From: Lama glama
Taxonomy: Eukaryota
Length of the DNA stretch: 64,000 bases
NCBI GenBank assembly: GCA_028534125.1
Contig: CM052817.1
Location: 44,084,001-44,148,000, forward strand
Reading direction: 5' to 3'
The notes beneath the pieces are model-generated. The model was not told the origin of the DNA and made no database searches. It saw nothing but the letters and a program-made list of their open reading frames with translations. The position numbers and the translations under genes were made by a program. Below are positions 21,909 to 35,761 of the stretch, piece after piece (within the stretch, counting starts at the first letter, position 1; every line of letters starts with the position of its first letter).

Positions 21909-24900
21909 GAAGAAGAGCGCAATAGGCTGGCATCTGGTTTTCTTTTCTTCTTTTTTTTAACATTTTTTATTGGTTTATAATCATTTTACAATATTGTAGC
22001 ATCCAGTTTTCTTGCAGAAGATGCACCTTTTTCTGGAAAATAAAGGAGGAAAAGGGAAGGAGAATGGGGTTGAATGCATTCTGAGGCACACCTAAGAGGA
22101 AGAGGAAGACAATGGCTGAGGGCCAGGAAGAAAGATTTGGGAGAAGAGATAAGTCGAATGGAGTTTTCCAAATGAAACTGTGGACACCCTGTGATGAGAT
22201 ATCTTCCTACAACCACTATGAATCTGCAGTAAGAATGAAAAAAAATGATACACTCAGTGTGAGTGGATTCCTTTTGAAAATTAATGAAGGAACTGAATTT
22301 ATTTACTCAATATCAACATTGGTATTGAGCTGCTGAAGACAAGGATCCGAGAAGACACATTTCTTACTTTAACAGACAAGAAACTGGGGTTCACAGAAGT
22401 AAAGTGGGTGAATGAATGAAACACCCAGTGTTAGAGGAGACCGAACAGGACTCAAAACCTGGTCTGTCTGACTCCAGTTTTCGGGTGTCTGCCTCTTCCA
22501 TCCACCTCCTTCCATTGTGTGTCTGATGTGGGAGAGGAGAGGCTGGCGTTGGAGAAGACAGAGCTTCCTGAATATAGAAACTATGGCCACATAATTCTTA
22601 TAGTTTCAAGACACATCCTAATACAAGGGCTAGAATCTATGAAGAACATACTGTGTGCCAAGGGCTTTCTGTGGGTTATCTTGTCTAATCAAAGTAACCC
22701 AAGGAAGCTTGTAATACTATCCGACTTTACAGATGAGGAAATAGATCAGAAAGAGGCAGTGCATAGTTCGAATGCTGAATGTAACCTCAGACCATCCGTA
22801 TTTCTAGAGCCTCTCAACAGCTACCCTGAGTACGCTTACTCATTTTAAGCATTTAAAAAGGAAGCGTTTATACCTTTTCAAATGACAACTTAAATCGAGG
22901 TGGTTTTGGACGCTGGGTTGCTACCAGCTCCAAAATACTGAGGATCTGTTATCACAAGTCTCCCTTGATTTTAGCCCCAGCTTCTCTTGTCTTGTGTACC
23001 ACAGTAGCTGTGGCAGTTGCCTTTTTCACGTTTTTCTCTCTGAAATGAGACTAATGGTGGCAGCTTTGGAACCCCACAGAGCTTCCTCAGGGCCCATATG
23101 TTAGAAGAGGTCTCCTGCCAGGATCTCAGCAACAGCTCATGTCGGGACCTGAGCCACTCTGCAGGCACCCTTCACATCCGGGACTCGGAAAAGACAGGCA
23201 GGTTCTTTGAAAATAGAATAGAGGAAGCATTATTATTCAGAGATTCATATTCCTAACAGTAGTTTCTCCGAGTATGTAGATTTTGATGGTATTTAATCCC
23301 ACTGTTACTTCCTCCAGTAGGAGTGGAATCCTGCCTTTATCTGAATGTTCTTGATGAGAACCTTGGTCAAAAATGCTGGTTTGACATGTCTCAGGTTTTT
23401 TCTTAAGGCACTTTATTCACAGATACTGAAGCATTTGTTAACATTGTCATCATATTTGACATCATCTGTGAGTTCGGAGAAGGTATTATTATTTCCATTT
23501 TAGAGATGTCCCATGGAAAAGTAGGTGATTTTTCTGAGTCATAAGTTGGTGGCAAAACTAGGACCAATATCCAATCTTTCAGACTCTAGATGAGATTAAT
23601 CTGTCTTCTAAAAATATCCTGTTTTTCCTTCTCCATATGTCCAAAGCCATGATTACCTACAGAATAAATACAAGTCTTTTAATAAGTACCAATATCTAAT
23701 AAGTAAGTGCCAGTTCTTTAATGTTGTATGTTAAGGTAAGAAGCCAGCACTAACCCTCCATTACAGCTCTGTAGCCCAGTGGATAAAAGCATTTGCTTTG
23801 GAGTCAAAAAGAGCAGAATTTGAATCCCAGCTCCATCACTTAGCTGTGAACTTGGGCATAAGTTCCTTCACATCTGTGAGTCTTAGTTTTCCATCAGATG
23901 GTAGACACTGCCAGTTGCCTGGCCAGTATCTACTTCCCTTTCTGTTTTGTAGCAGAAACCTGACTTGGATCAGAGAATCAGTGTGCCCAGGTAGAAACAC
24001 TTGCTTGCCCAGACTCCCTCACAGGTGGGGGTGCCCGTCTCCATGTGACAAAGTTCTGGGCAATGAGTCATCAGCTGAGGGTTTCTGGAAAGCTTTACTT
24101 CCCTCAATAAATGCCCACCCCCACCTCTTCTTCCTACTCTGTCCCATTTTCCTTTTTCTTCAACACTTGAATATTCATTTCCATATCTTTTTCCATTATG
24201 TTATTTCTTGTTAAAGTTAACTAGTCAAAATGAGAATTCTTCTTCCTTTAATACCAGCCAAAGATACATTTCCAAACCCCTCCTCAGCACCTCCCCACAG
24301 AGCCTGCTGAATCCAAGTCTTACATCAAAGACTGAAGTTTTTACTGATGTGTTTTCAGAATCTCTTGATTTTTGAGGAACACTACACCATTGGCAGATGA
24401 TCCAGACCCGGTTTCTTTGTCTCTCTCTTCCTTGTCTTAGTCCTAGGGATGTTCGGTGCCACCTCTGCAAGGGGGTAAACAGAGGAAAGGACAGCTGTCT
24501 TCTCTTTGGCCTTCAGACCCACGCTCAGCTCTTCACCCTTGTGCTTTCTACCCAGGAAGCAGGATTGACAGACTATACCCACAGGGCTCTCGTACTTACG
24601 CTCTGGCTTCTGGCTGGGGCCATGGGGAGCCCTCACAGAGACCGGAAGGAGGGAGGAGTGTGAGGCGGGAATATTTATCCCCCTGGCTCCCAGGGGGATA
24701 TCCCCCAGGTGTGCTGGGTCCCCTCATCCAAAGCCACAGGTCCTCTCTCAAGCCATCTTTTCTACACAACTCTCTCCTTTGGGTTCCAGAAACCATCTCT
24801 TCATTTTATCTCTTCGGGCGTCATTTGGTTACAGCGTTGCTCTTTCTAGCTCTGGCTCACCACCCTGTCCCTTGTGCTTTCCCTACATCCCACCTTTTAC

Positions 24901-25475
24901 CTTGGACATAGTCCTCTGAGTAAACCCTCTTTGAATTAGCCTCATTGGAATGCGTCATCTGTCTCCCTGAGAACACTGACTGATAGGGATGAGAAAATCA
25001 AAACAGTCTACTTTTGCTTCTAAATAGTGCTCCTCGGATGTCTCAGATGTCCAGGGTCCCCGTGTGGAGGCACAGACACCCAGAATGCCTCTACCACAGC
25101 CCAGCAACACAGCAGTCTCCACACTCCATTCTCACCCCATACTATGTTCAACCATGTTTAAAGCTTAACTACTCTGTATCATTTTCCCATGATTCCGTCT
25201 TCCAGTATGACAGTTAATGAATTTGCTCATGAATGGTGATACATTAATGAAAGGAGGCTGACACAATGTTTGTCTTCCATTAAAAAAATTAAATTCACTA
25301 CTCATCTTCCTAGACAATGCCCACTGGCCTTCATAGTGTTCATATGCCATTGTCATCCCACACTCTGTAATTAATCAAACCTGGAGAGTCACCAGAAAAG
25401 GGCAGGCTCTGCCTCATTTCTTCACTGTACAAGAGCCAAATAGGTTACAGAAAATGTTTTAGAAAGTGTTGCTGA

Positions 25476-25948
25476 AACATGGATGGACCTGGGGATCATC
25501 ATTTTAAGTGAAGTAAGCCAGAAAGGGAAAGAAAAATACCATATGATATCACTCATATGGGGAATCTTAAAAAAAAAAAAAAGGAGGGGGCATAAATGAT
25601 CTGATTTACAAAAAAGAAACAGAATCACAGACATAGAAAACAAACTTATGGTTGGTTACCGGGGGAAGAAAGGGGAGAAGGGATAAATTGAGAGTTCGAG
25701 ATTTGCAGATACTAACTACTATATAAAATGGATAAACAAGTTCATACTGTATAGCACAGGGAACTATATTCAATATCTTGCAGTAGCCTATAATGAAAAA
25801 GCATATGAAAACAAATATATGTATGTATATGTATGACTGAAACACTATGCTGTACACCAGAAATTGACACAACGTTGTAAACTATACTTCAATAAAAGAA
25901 AGAACGAAAGAACGAAAGAAAGAAAGAAAGGAAGGAAGGAAGAAAGAA
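25476..25948 (+). mobile_element. 5'-truncated L1 with a (GAAA)n tail
   Basis: L1 3' end; exact TSD agaaagtgttgctga at 25461 and 25949. Confidence 0.93.
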
Positions 25949-26314
25949 AGAAAGTGTTGCTGACTGGGACACAATGTTTGTTTATCCTGGGGCTTGAATG
26001 AGTGCAAAACCACTTGCTAAGACTGGAAAACACAAGCTCAGGAAGGATACTGAGTGAATACATGCTATAACTCTTTCCCAGGTGTAGTCTTTAGCTTTTC
26101 AGACCTCAAAACCATTTTTTCAGTGCACTCAGTGAATACTAACTTCATAAGCACTGTCTCATTCTAACAAAGGGAATAAGAAATTGATAAGTAAAGCATC
26201 CTGCTAACTTACTAATTTAAGTGGGAACCAGGTGATGATTGTGTCAGTCAGCTGCAAGTAACAGGAGAAAAAGTAGATTAAACCATAAGAACATTATTGT
26301 TTATTCAACAAGAA

Positions 26315-26447
26315 GGAGAGGAGGGTATATCTCAGTAGTATAGTGTGTACTTAGCATGCATGAGGTCCTGGGTTCAACGCCCAGTGCCTCCATTAAAAAA
26401 ACCAAACAAATAAATAAATAAACCTAATTACCTCTCCCTCCAAATAA
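26315..26447 (+). mobile_element. vic-1-like SINE
   Basis: tRNA head and aaacctaattacctc tail shared with the other copies. Confidence 0.85.
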
Positions 26448-26845
26448 TGAAGACAGCAATCTTATCAATGTCATCAAAGAACTATATACTTTAGCGTGTT
26501 GGTTTATGGCCTCATGGTTGCAAGATTACTGCCACCTCAGACATCAATCCTGCACTCTAAATCGAAAACAAATAGCTGGTTGGGGGAGAGGGAGAAAATC
26601 TTTCTTTTCATAAGGCTTTGTCTTTTCGCTCAGTTAGCTTCCCAGAAGCCCCACCAGCCAGAACAGGGTTGCATGGTCATCCCAATTGTCAAGGAAGCTG
26701 GCAAAGTCAGCATCTAACCCTCCAGCCACTGTTCTGTAGTGAGAGTCAGCATGAAATAAGAGACTTGGAAATGGCTTTGAAGAGTGTGGCAGCTGTGGTT
26801 GTATCACACCGATCTCCCTTCAAGAAAGCTCACTATTATTATTTA

Positions 26846-27450
26846 CGATAGCCAAGACATGGAAGCAACCTAAAAGTCCATCAATAGATGATTGAATAAA
26901 GAAGTTGTAGTTTATATATATATATACATATACATGCATATATAATATACATATATACACATGTATATATGTGTATATGTACACACATACACACACAATG
27001 GAATACTACTCGGCCATAAAAAGAATGAAATAATGCCATTTGCAGGGAAGGATCTAGAGATTATCATACTAAGTGAATTAAGTCAGCAAGAGAAAGACAA
27101 ATATCATATGATATCACTTATATGTGGTATCTTAAAAAATGACACAAATGAACTTATTTACAAAGCAGAAACAGACTCACAGACATAGAAAACAAACTTA
27201 TGGTTACCAAAGGGGAAAGGGAGGGGGGGATAAATTAGGAGTTTCAGATTAGCAGATACAAACTATTATATATAAAATAGACAACAAGGTCCTACTGTAC
27301 AGCACAGGGAACTATATTCAATATCTTATAATAACCTATAATGAAAAAGAATATGAAAAAGAAGTATAAATATATAACTGAATCACTATGAGGTATACCA
27401 GAAACTAACACAACATTGTAAATCAACTATATTTCAATTAAAAAAAAAAA
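26846..27450 (+). mobile_element. 5'-truncated L1
   Basis: ORF2 end (NEIMPFAGKDLEIIILSELSQ), 3'UTR and poly(A); TSD aagctcact/aaactcact. Confidence 0.9.
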
Positions 27451-27459
27451 ACTCACTCT

Positions 27460-27820
27460 TCAGCTTAAGGAAGGCAGGTGGCTGACAGCCTCTAGCTGCA
27501 GTGCCTTCTGGACCTGTCACAAGTTTGAGCCAAGGCCACGTTCTTCCTGGGTAGCCCCCAGCCAATACTGTACAAGTCAGGATTACCAGGGTCTAGCTGG
27601 GTCTGGCCAGTACAGGGCTCCTCTAATCTTTGTTCCAGAGCCCCCTGTTGAGTTGGTAGAGGCTTGTTTAGATCAACATCACAATATGAAACTCTCTCTG
27701 TCCAGTCTTGCTTCCCCCACCCACCCAGCTCCATTTTTCATGGCCATTCCCACTCGGTAAACCTCCTATACTCCTAACTCCATCTCAGCACCTGCTTCCT
27801 AGAGGAGATGAACTGACAGC
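27460..27820. mobile_element. LTR16-like ERVL LTR
   Basis: gctgacagcctctagctgc...ctccatctcagcacctgcttcctagagga, LTR16-type ends. Confidence 0.6.
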
Positions 27821-30800
27821 AAAGGGCAACATCAGCGTATTTGTTCTCTAAAAGGAAATCTCCATGGAAATCAAATATTTGTGCTAAGAGAATACAAGAT
27901 CAGAGCAAGGAGGCTACTCTGACTAATCCATTTTCACCATGAAGACATTCCGAATGTGAGTAGTTTTCTCTCTTATTTCAGAAAGGCCTGTCCCCGGCCT
28001 AGACTGATGAACACTGGCAAACTTGGTCTCTGATTCTCCGACTCCCGTTTTTCTGTTTCCATTCAAACCATCCCTGTTCTGTTGGTTTTTGCTTTCTTAG
28101 CCATGTTGATCCCAGCACGGAATGCTGTAGCCAAGCCCTGTTTTCTCCACTGTAGGGCCCAGAAGACAGCCTGTTTTCTTTTTTGATTATTTGTTTGCTG
28201 ATTTTCTTTTGCTTTAAGGAGAATTCTCCAAGTATCTACTCTCTTCCGTTATACATTGACATCACAGTTTCAATTCTCAGAGTTTTGAAGAAGCATCACT
28301 GAAACTCCTTTTTACTTCATAGGTAGCCCTGCTGTAGGCCTTTAAAACAGCATGAATTCTAGAGTACAACTTCCTCTAAGAAACCATCAAGTAGCTTCAT
28401 TTGTTGATTTGTTCATTTAACCTTCATTTCTTAAACAGCTTCCATGTAACAGGCACTCTGGTAGGTGCTGGCCAGACCACAATGAGGCCAGACCACAATG
28501 AAGAATACAGAGGAATTCCTCCAAGAAGCTCCTGGAAGCTGTTTCTAAGTGAAACAAAGCTAGAAAACAAATCAGAAAATGTAAGGTTTAAGCCAAGGGA
28601 AGAGTGAATTGCTTATCGGAACTTTCGACAACCTAAATATTTTTAGTTTTTCAGCCTCCATGAGACACAACCTCAGAGACTTTCAGACCAGCACAGCCTC
28701 TCTACTACGTGCTGAATGTTCAATATGGAGGTGGCTTATTTTCTGGCGACCTATGCTGCTTGTAACCGTCTGGCACCAACCTCAGGTCCCCTCTGTTCAG
28801 AGCTGCCCACCTGAGATGGCTTCTCTCTTACCAGGGCCTGGGAAATAATGGTGCTGCCCAAAGGGTGACTACTTTTGCACTGGGCACATCTGCAGCACAT
28901 CCCCAGGATGTCTGTGTGAAGGTCTCTATCCTGGTTTTGGTTTCAGATGGTATCTGCGCTGAATGTGTTAGCCCCAATTATTACTGCTTATCCTTCCATT
29001 TCCCATCATGGTTGTTTATATCATTATTTATCACTTCTGTCCTTCTAAGTGAAAATTAACAGAGATCAAGATAGACTTTTACTGGATGTCATCCAGAGCT
29101 TGAAACAGACTTGACTGAATCACAGGCTGGGGTGTACACTTAAAAAAAATTACAACCAGAAATCATGATCATCCTCCGGTCTAGAATTTAAGAAGCCCTT
29201 TCCCAGAAAACAAAAGCCTTGAGTTGCTTTAGCAGTTCCTTCTCCATTTTGAATGAGAGTGACAAAGCTACAGGCAACCACAGGAAGTCACCAAGCCCCA
29301 TTCCCTCATTTTATAAAGAACGTCAGGTCCAGAGCAACAGAGTAACTAGCTTAGATCAGACAGCTATCGACACTCTGGGACTACAACCCAGGATTCCTTA
29401 CTCCCAGTCCAGGCTCTTTCCAACAGCTGTCCCTCACTGAATCTGCCTGGTCTCACTGGCTTCCATAGCAAATCCCTCTCCTTCCACATTTTAATCCCCA
29501 TGCATGCCCTTTCTTTCATCTTTCACCATCTGCAGCTTTCTTTTCTTCCCTCTTGCTTCTCCCTGTAAGGATTTTTTACATTCTTCTTAGTCCTGTGTTG
29601 TTCCCTCTTCCTGACTCCTTTGTCTTTTCTGCCTCTGCTATCAGTAAAGAAAGCCAACATGCATGTCTATCTTTGTATCTTCCACATTTAGTACTTAAAA
29701 AAAAAAAGCTGGATGTATATGGAAATTCTGAACTATCTTTAAAATTACAATTCTATGAATATACTAGAAAGTCTACTGGAAAAAAATAATACTACCAAAT
29801 TCCCAAGACAGTACTAAGCACTTCTGGGATGCAGAGTAGGTTTTGAAATGATTGCATAGGGACCCTCAATACTTCAAGAAAAGATACCAAGTTTCTACAG
29901 GGGAGTTACAGTCTTCTATAATATAATCAGATCAAAATGTCATGCACAATATTAACTCTCTGCAGTAGCCATGGAAACGAATGACTCAGTAGAGCAAAGA
30001 AACAAACAACAGTGCAGTCCCATTAGCTTAACTGGAGAAGGCTGCTTGGGGCCAAGCCGATGCACCATATTTCACCAGCTCTGGATGGGATAATGCTCAG
30101 AACCAAACCCACTCTTTGCTCTCCAATCACACTCTCCAAGTATGGACTTTCTGATTACAATTCGTTTCCCACGTTCTCTGCTAGCAGGAAGGGCATGTTT
30201 TTGATGGCACGCATTAACATTCTAGATCCAGCAAAGGGAAACCCTCTCATGTAAATTAATTCATGGATATCCCCACTTCCTTTCACTAAAGGTTCTTCTA
30301 CTCCATGTGTTAGATTCTAGCTCTGGGTCTGCAGAGCTGAGGTCCTGACCTTGGACCTCATGAAACCCCATGAAAGCATTGTCACCATGAGCTCTGTTTA
30401 ATGTCTAGCCAGCTTCCCTTTCTAGCAATCTGAGACCCTCTCTGGCTTCTGGGAGTTGATAAAATAGCAAGTATCTATTGAGCGTAATTGCATGGCTTTG
30501 ACTATGGTTGGTTAGTAGCCTTTCAAGAGTGGACAATCTTTGTTGACTTAAACAAACGAGGAGGAGTGGGTTCTAATGACTTGAGGAAACGGGAAATTAG
30601 GTCTGCTTCCCACTGTGCTGTTTTTTCATGTTCTTCTAATAGCATGAAGAAAGGAAGGGGAAGCATTCTGAGAACCTGCTGGGGTTGGCCCTGGGTGAGC
30701 AAACGAAGGAGGAGCACTTCCCATAGGAACATATACTTCTCACTTGAGCAGCCCTGTCTGTTTCTGGAACTCAGAGTCCTGGGAGCTGCATGAAAGAGCT

Positions 30801-32284
30801 ATGTCACTGAGCCTCACACAGGGCCCCGGCCCTAAGTCCCAGCGACAGCTGTTCAGCAGCTGCACCATTGTGCCCTAAAGCTGCTTAGTGTAAGATGGGA
30901 AGGGAAAAGGGACTCGCCCTCTGAAGCTCCGTGAAAAACACAACCCCCCATGACAACAGCTGGCAGGTAACGTAGATCATGAAGATATTTGTGGCATTAA
31001 AAAGGACACATGATGGATGACCTTTAACTTTGTATTTTAAGTTTTTTCCCCATAAAATTATGCACTCAAATCCTTTCAGTTTAAGAAAAATGAATAAGAA
31101 GGGAAGAAAGGAAAAAGGAAGAACCCTGGCAATGGTTACAACATGGGCACAGAAGCAGGTAAACTGGAACTCCTCTCATCCCTCATCTCCTTCCCCACCC
31201 AGACGCCCCACCCGAAAATAACTAGCATGAAAGGCTTCCCCCGAGCAACCAAGATAAACGCCTGCTCCCGGAGCCGGGCCCAGTTCAGGCACAGCACCAC
31301 TTCTGAGAGCTGGCAGCTTGTCTAGCCTTTGATCCCCTTTCATTTGTGGGACACGTCAACCTTGCTCCTCTTTAATATACAAGATCGGACAAGAGCTCAG
31401 GCCAGGCAGCCATAGCTGCAGGCAGGGCTTTCTCAAACACTGCGCAGGGAGGCTTTTGCCTGCCCAGGCCCAGGGGGAATCTATGCAGGTGCGTGCCTGC
31501 CGCATCCTATAAAAAGAAGTCTAGCGCTCTGGTGGCATAGCATGTGTGATGCCCAACAGCGGGCAAGCTGGGACCCAGGACCCAATGGAAGGCAGGCAGC
31601 AGGTTACTTTCTGAGCCCAGATTTTGGTGTCTTTGCCTCCTCCCCATCCCTTTTAATGATACCTTCCTCTGAGCCCTTTAGAAATCAAATGATCCCATTC
31701 ACTTTTTCTAAGCTCTCCCCGCCCCCATCCCCCAGCAAAATCCCCTGGGGCAGAAGTAAAGAAACTGTCACTGATGTGCATTATTGCTGGGAGTGTAAAC
31801 CCAAATAACTTTTCAGGAGAGCAGGTCAACAGGATATAAATTTTAAATATGTATTCCCTTAGAACAGACCCAGGAATTTCAAGGTATCCTAAAGAAATCA
31901 CTGTGTGGGTAAGCAGAAATGTATGTACAAGGACGTTTATTTTGATGAAAAACACAGAACAGTTGGAAACAATGTAAATATCCAGTAGAAGAAGATCTTA
32001 AACAAATTATCACATATGCATAAAATGAAACACTCTGCAGTCATTAAACATAAGAAAGTAGATCGATGGTAACTGACGCTGGCATATGCCCTAACATATC
32101 GTTAAAGCAGAAAAGTGAGTTATAGAAGAGTATATACAGTAGGACCCCACTTATGTTAAAAAAAAAAGTTTGCATGTTTATACTTGCATAAAAAGAATGG
32201 AATGATAAATATCATTCTGTTGATAGTGGCATCTCTGAGGGCCAGCATTATAGGCAATATCCACTTCCTCTCTCTATATATATA

Positions 32285-32367
32285 TTTTTAATAGGGGTAC
32301 TGGGAGTTGACCCAGGATCTCGTGCATGCTAAGCATGCACTCTACCACTGAGCTCCACCCTCCCCCC
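32285..32367 (-). mobile_element. vic-1-like SINE
   Basis: Reverse tRNA head. Confidence 0.85.
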
Positions 32368-32579
32368 TATACTATGTACATTCTTAGAAAGGAGATGTGC
32401 TAACAGAAAAAAAATATGTGGATGTAATTTTCAAAACCTCTCAGGAAAATATATGCCATGCCCTGACACTGACAACAACTTGTGTAAAGAGCTTTGTGAT
32501 TCACAAAATACTTTTACCTTCTCCATTAATTTGTCTGGTCTTCGGAGCACTGGGAGTTAGGAAAGGCAGGTCTTAGCAC

Positions 32580-33590
32580 TGTCAATGATAAGCAAAGCTG
32601 GACATTAGTGAAAGCAGTGAAAACGGACTCCAGGAGGAGAAAGAGCTCAATACCATCCATTTTGGGCAGAGGTCACAGGACATTTTAAAGGGAAAAGAGG
32701 ATGAAGGGAGGGGAAGCGAGTTATATAGAGTTGGTGAGTGTCAGTGTGGTTAGGGCAGCTATGTGGGCTACCTGGCAACTGTGGAAGTTAGGATCCTGCC
32801 CTCCCACAGAGACTGGGAGGCAGTGGCCCAATCCTTCCTAAAGATTACACGTCAAAGGAATGGCTTTCAGATCCTTTAGAAAAACTCCCCTGAGTTGCAG
32901 GAGATACATACACTTCTCAAAGGGAAAGAAAAAGTACCCACATTTGTAAGCCCTTTTTAGTAACTGCTCTAGGAAAGGGAGGTCAAGTGTTGGCTAGAAC
33001 AAACAGTAGATTCTTTTGACACCCCTGAGCTTTTCCAGAGAGGAACTCAAAAGGGGGTGGGGTTAGGATGTGAGGGCAATCTGGCCGTGACACCTGTCAC
33101 CCATTGATCACTGGGCTTGATTTGGCTGATGTGACTGGCGAGGCTGGTAGCCCCTTCCCCCGTCACCGCTCCACCTGCATCCCTCCCAAAATGGCACACT
33201 CCCGCTCGGTGGAAGAGGACGACCTTCCCCAGGTCATCCCCAGAGGAGAAGCGTTCTTGGGTCAATGGTATAGAGTAGCTGTGCTCCCTGCTAGAACCAC
33301 CTAACCAGCTCTCAAGATCCATTTGTAGGAGAACATAGGATAGTCAAGCTTCCAAGACTCCAGACACATCCAAATGAAGCTCTGCACGTGGCAGTCTGCC
33401 TTTCTTTAAAAAAAAAAAAAAAAAAAAAAAAACTTGGAGTGGTTGCCCCAGGGACACGGTCTTAGGCTGCTAGAAGCCAGTTAAAGTTTGGTCAAGCCTC
33501 TCAGTGCAGGGATTTGAATGGAGGGCTCTTGACAAGAGTTTTTGCAGTTTTAGGTGTCTCTTCTCCCCAGATTAAAAACCCAGTTCTCAA
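32580..33590 (-). mobile_element. ERV-type solo LTR (right end uncertain, 33503-33590), adjacent to an LTR16-like remnant running to ~33970
   Basis: TG start at 32580 and LTR-like composition; family not assigned. Confidence 0.5.
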
Positions 33591-34392
33591 AGAAGTTATG
33601 TGGTTGCCCCTTGGAGATCTGCCTTCCAGAAGAACTTGCCGTTCTGCTGCAAGGACAGCCTCCAGCTGCTGCCCCTTCAGGAGCCACCTCGGCGTTCCAA
33701 CTGAAGCGACACTCTTCTGGAAGAGTCCTCAGCCAGCGACTGAGCACTGGGGGTGCCAGGCCTGGCCATTTCCAACCAACATGGGGCCCTTCTAATGGGC
33801 CCTTTGTCTTGTGTCCCAGGTACCAGGTTGTCTGAGTCTTGTCTGATCTGCATCACAGTCTATTTCTCCCCGCCCAACTCTTCTTCCTCCCTCTTCTCAT
33901 TCACATCCCCCAACAAACCTACTGCACTTCTGACTTCATCTCAGTATCTACTTCCTAGGGTCCCAAAATAACACACATGGCTTGTCTAAAACCACACAAA
34001 TAGGTGCTCAACCCCCAACTCAGACCGTAATTTGTGAATCCCATTAAGGTGAAAACTCTGTTGGAGATAGCTGCATTTTAACCAGACTCAAAATCTTTAG
34101 CTAAAGGAAAGACTTTCTAAAATTGGAAATAAGAGGATGAGCTAGAGGTAAACAGGAATGTGAAGGGCACTGGAAGAGGATGGACCATCAGAGCCTCCCT
34201 GGAATGACAGAAATCACACCAAATGGTCTTTTGTTTCCATCCAGAAGACTAGAGAACCCATGCAGAGGCAGTTCCAGGATGCTAACGCTGTGCCTGGTAC
34301 ATATTTCAAATACTGTGTTTCTCACATTGCATGATACTTCATATGTCTACCTCTCCCTTTAGAGGGTGAGCTTCTCAATGGTAAGATCTGCA

Positions 34393-34630
34393 CTTTTTTT
34401 TAAATTATTGAAATATAGTCAGTTTACAATGTTGTGTCAATTTCTAGTGTACAGCATAATGTTTCAGTCATATATATTCCTTTTCATATTCTTTTTCATT
34501 ATAGGTTACTACATGATATTGAATATAGTTCCCTGTGCTTTACAGTAGAGACTTATTTTATATATCATAGTTAGTATCTGCAAACCTTGAACTCCCAATT
34601 TATCCCTTCCCACCCCCTTTCCCTCCTTCA
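34393..34630 (-). mobile_element. Short L1 3' end
   Basis: Same L1 3'UTR as the other copies; TSD-like gtaagatctgcacttt/gtaagacctgtgcttt. Confidence 0.85.
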
Positions 34631-35155
34631 ATAGTAAGACCTGTGCTTTGATTCTATTTTGTATCCTCCATGCCTAGAACAAAACTCAATATATCATTGT
34701 AGCTCAATAATGGTTAAATAAATATTGAGTCTTATCTCAGCAGGGAAATAAGAGGATAGGGACAAAACTAGGAGTAATAATTATTAAAAACAATATTTAT
34801 TTAAGTGCATACTAGGCCCTGTTTTACATTTTTTATTATGTATCATCATGTCATTCAATCCACACAGTAACCCAACGAGGCAGTGTTGCAAGTGGTGGTG
34901 TCCAGGGAGCAGACTCTGAGGTGAAGTTTAGGTGCAGGATGTTCATTAGGAAGAACCACTGAGATCACTGCCCATGGCAGGAGCGGAAGGAAGCACGTTT
35001 GGGTGGAGGGAACTGAGCCACAATGCCCCACCAGAAGCAGCCTCAGTTAACACTATGGGGAGCCCTGGGACCCAAACGATCCACCTGGGTTATCCTGTGT
35101 TGGACCAAAGTGACCAATCCTTCATCCATTCTCTCACCCCATCAGTCATTAGATG

Positions 35156-35761
35156 TGTTGCCGGAGATTAGGTTCTTATCTCGTCACAGAAAGCATTCAG
35201 AGACATGGAGGTGAAGAAAGTATAGTGAGGATTTATTAAGGAATAGTACACGCTCAAGGGGAGAGTGGGCAGGCTTAGGTGAGCAGCTGCCCTGAGTTTC
35301 TTTGGCAAGGTGGTTACATAGAGTGTAAAAAGAATAGGTGGAATATTCATTGGAGCCGTATTTCCTGATTTTCATCCCAGCTCCACCTTCCAGAGGGGAG
35401 GAGGGATTTCTATCTTTATTTAGTCTTTATTGGAAGTGTCATGACGTTTGTGCACGATGGGAACTTCTAATCTGCAAGGTTAGTTTTATTGTAATGAGGG
35501 TATAATGAGCAAAAGCTTACATTCAGAAACTGGAGATTCCTGCCTTTTCCCCTCTTTTTTTGTCAGCCTCCAGGACACTTGTCACCTAAATGTGTGATTT
35601 CTTATCAGCCTGCTTCTTTTTCTCTGCCCAAGGAGCTCCGTTGTTCACAAGATGTATGGTTTCCTGCCATTTAGCCCATGCCTCTTTTTCTGCCCAGTTT
35701 TTGCCATTTGGCCTGCGTTCTCCTTTCTCTGCTCATATCTAGCTCTCTGCCTGCTCTAACA
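35156..35761 (-). mobile_element. ERV1-like solo LTR nested in an LTR16-like element (~34885-35880)
   Basis: TG...CA termini, 4-bp TSD gatg (35152-35155 and 35762-35765), minus-strand AATAAA at ~35233. Confidence 0.75.
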
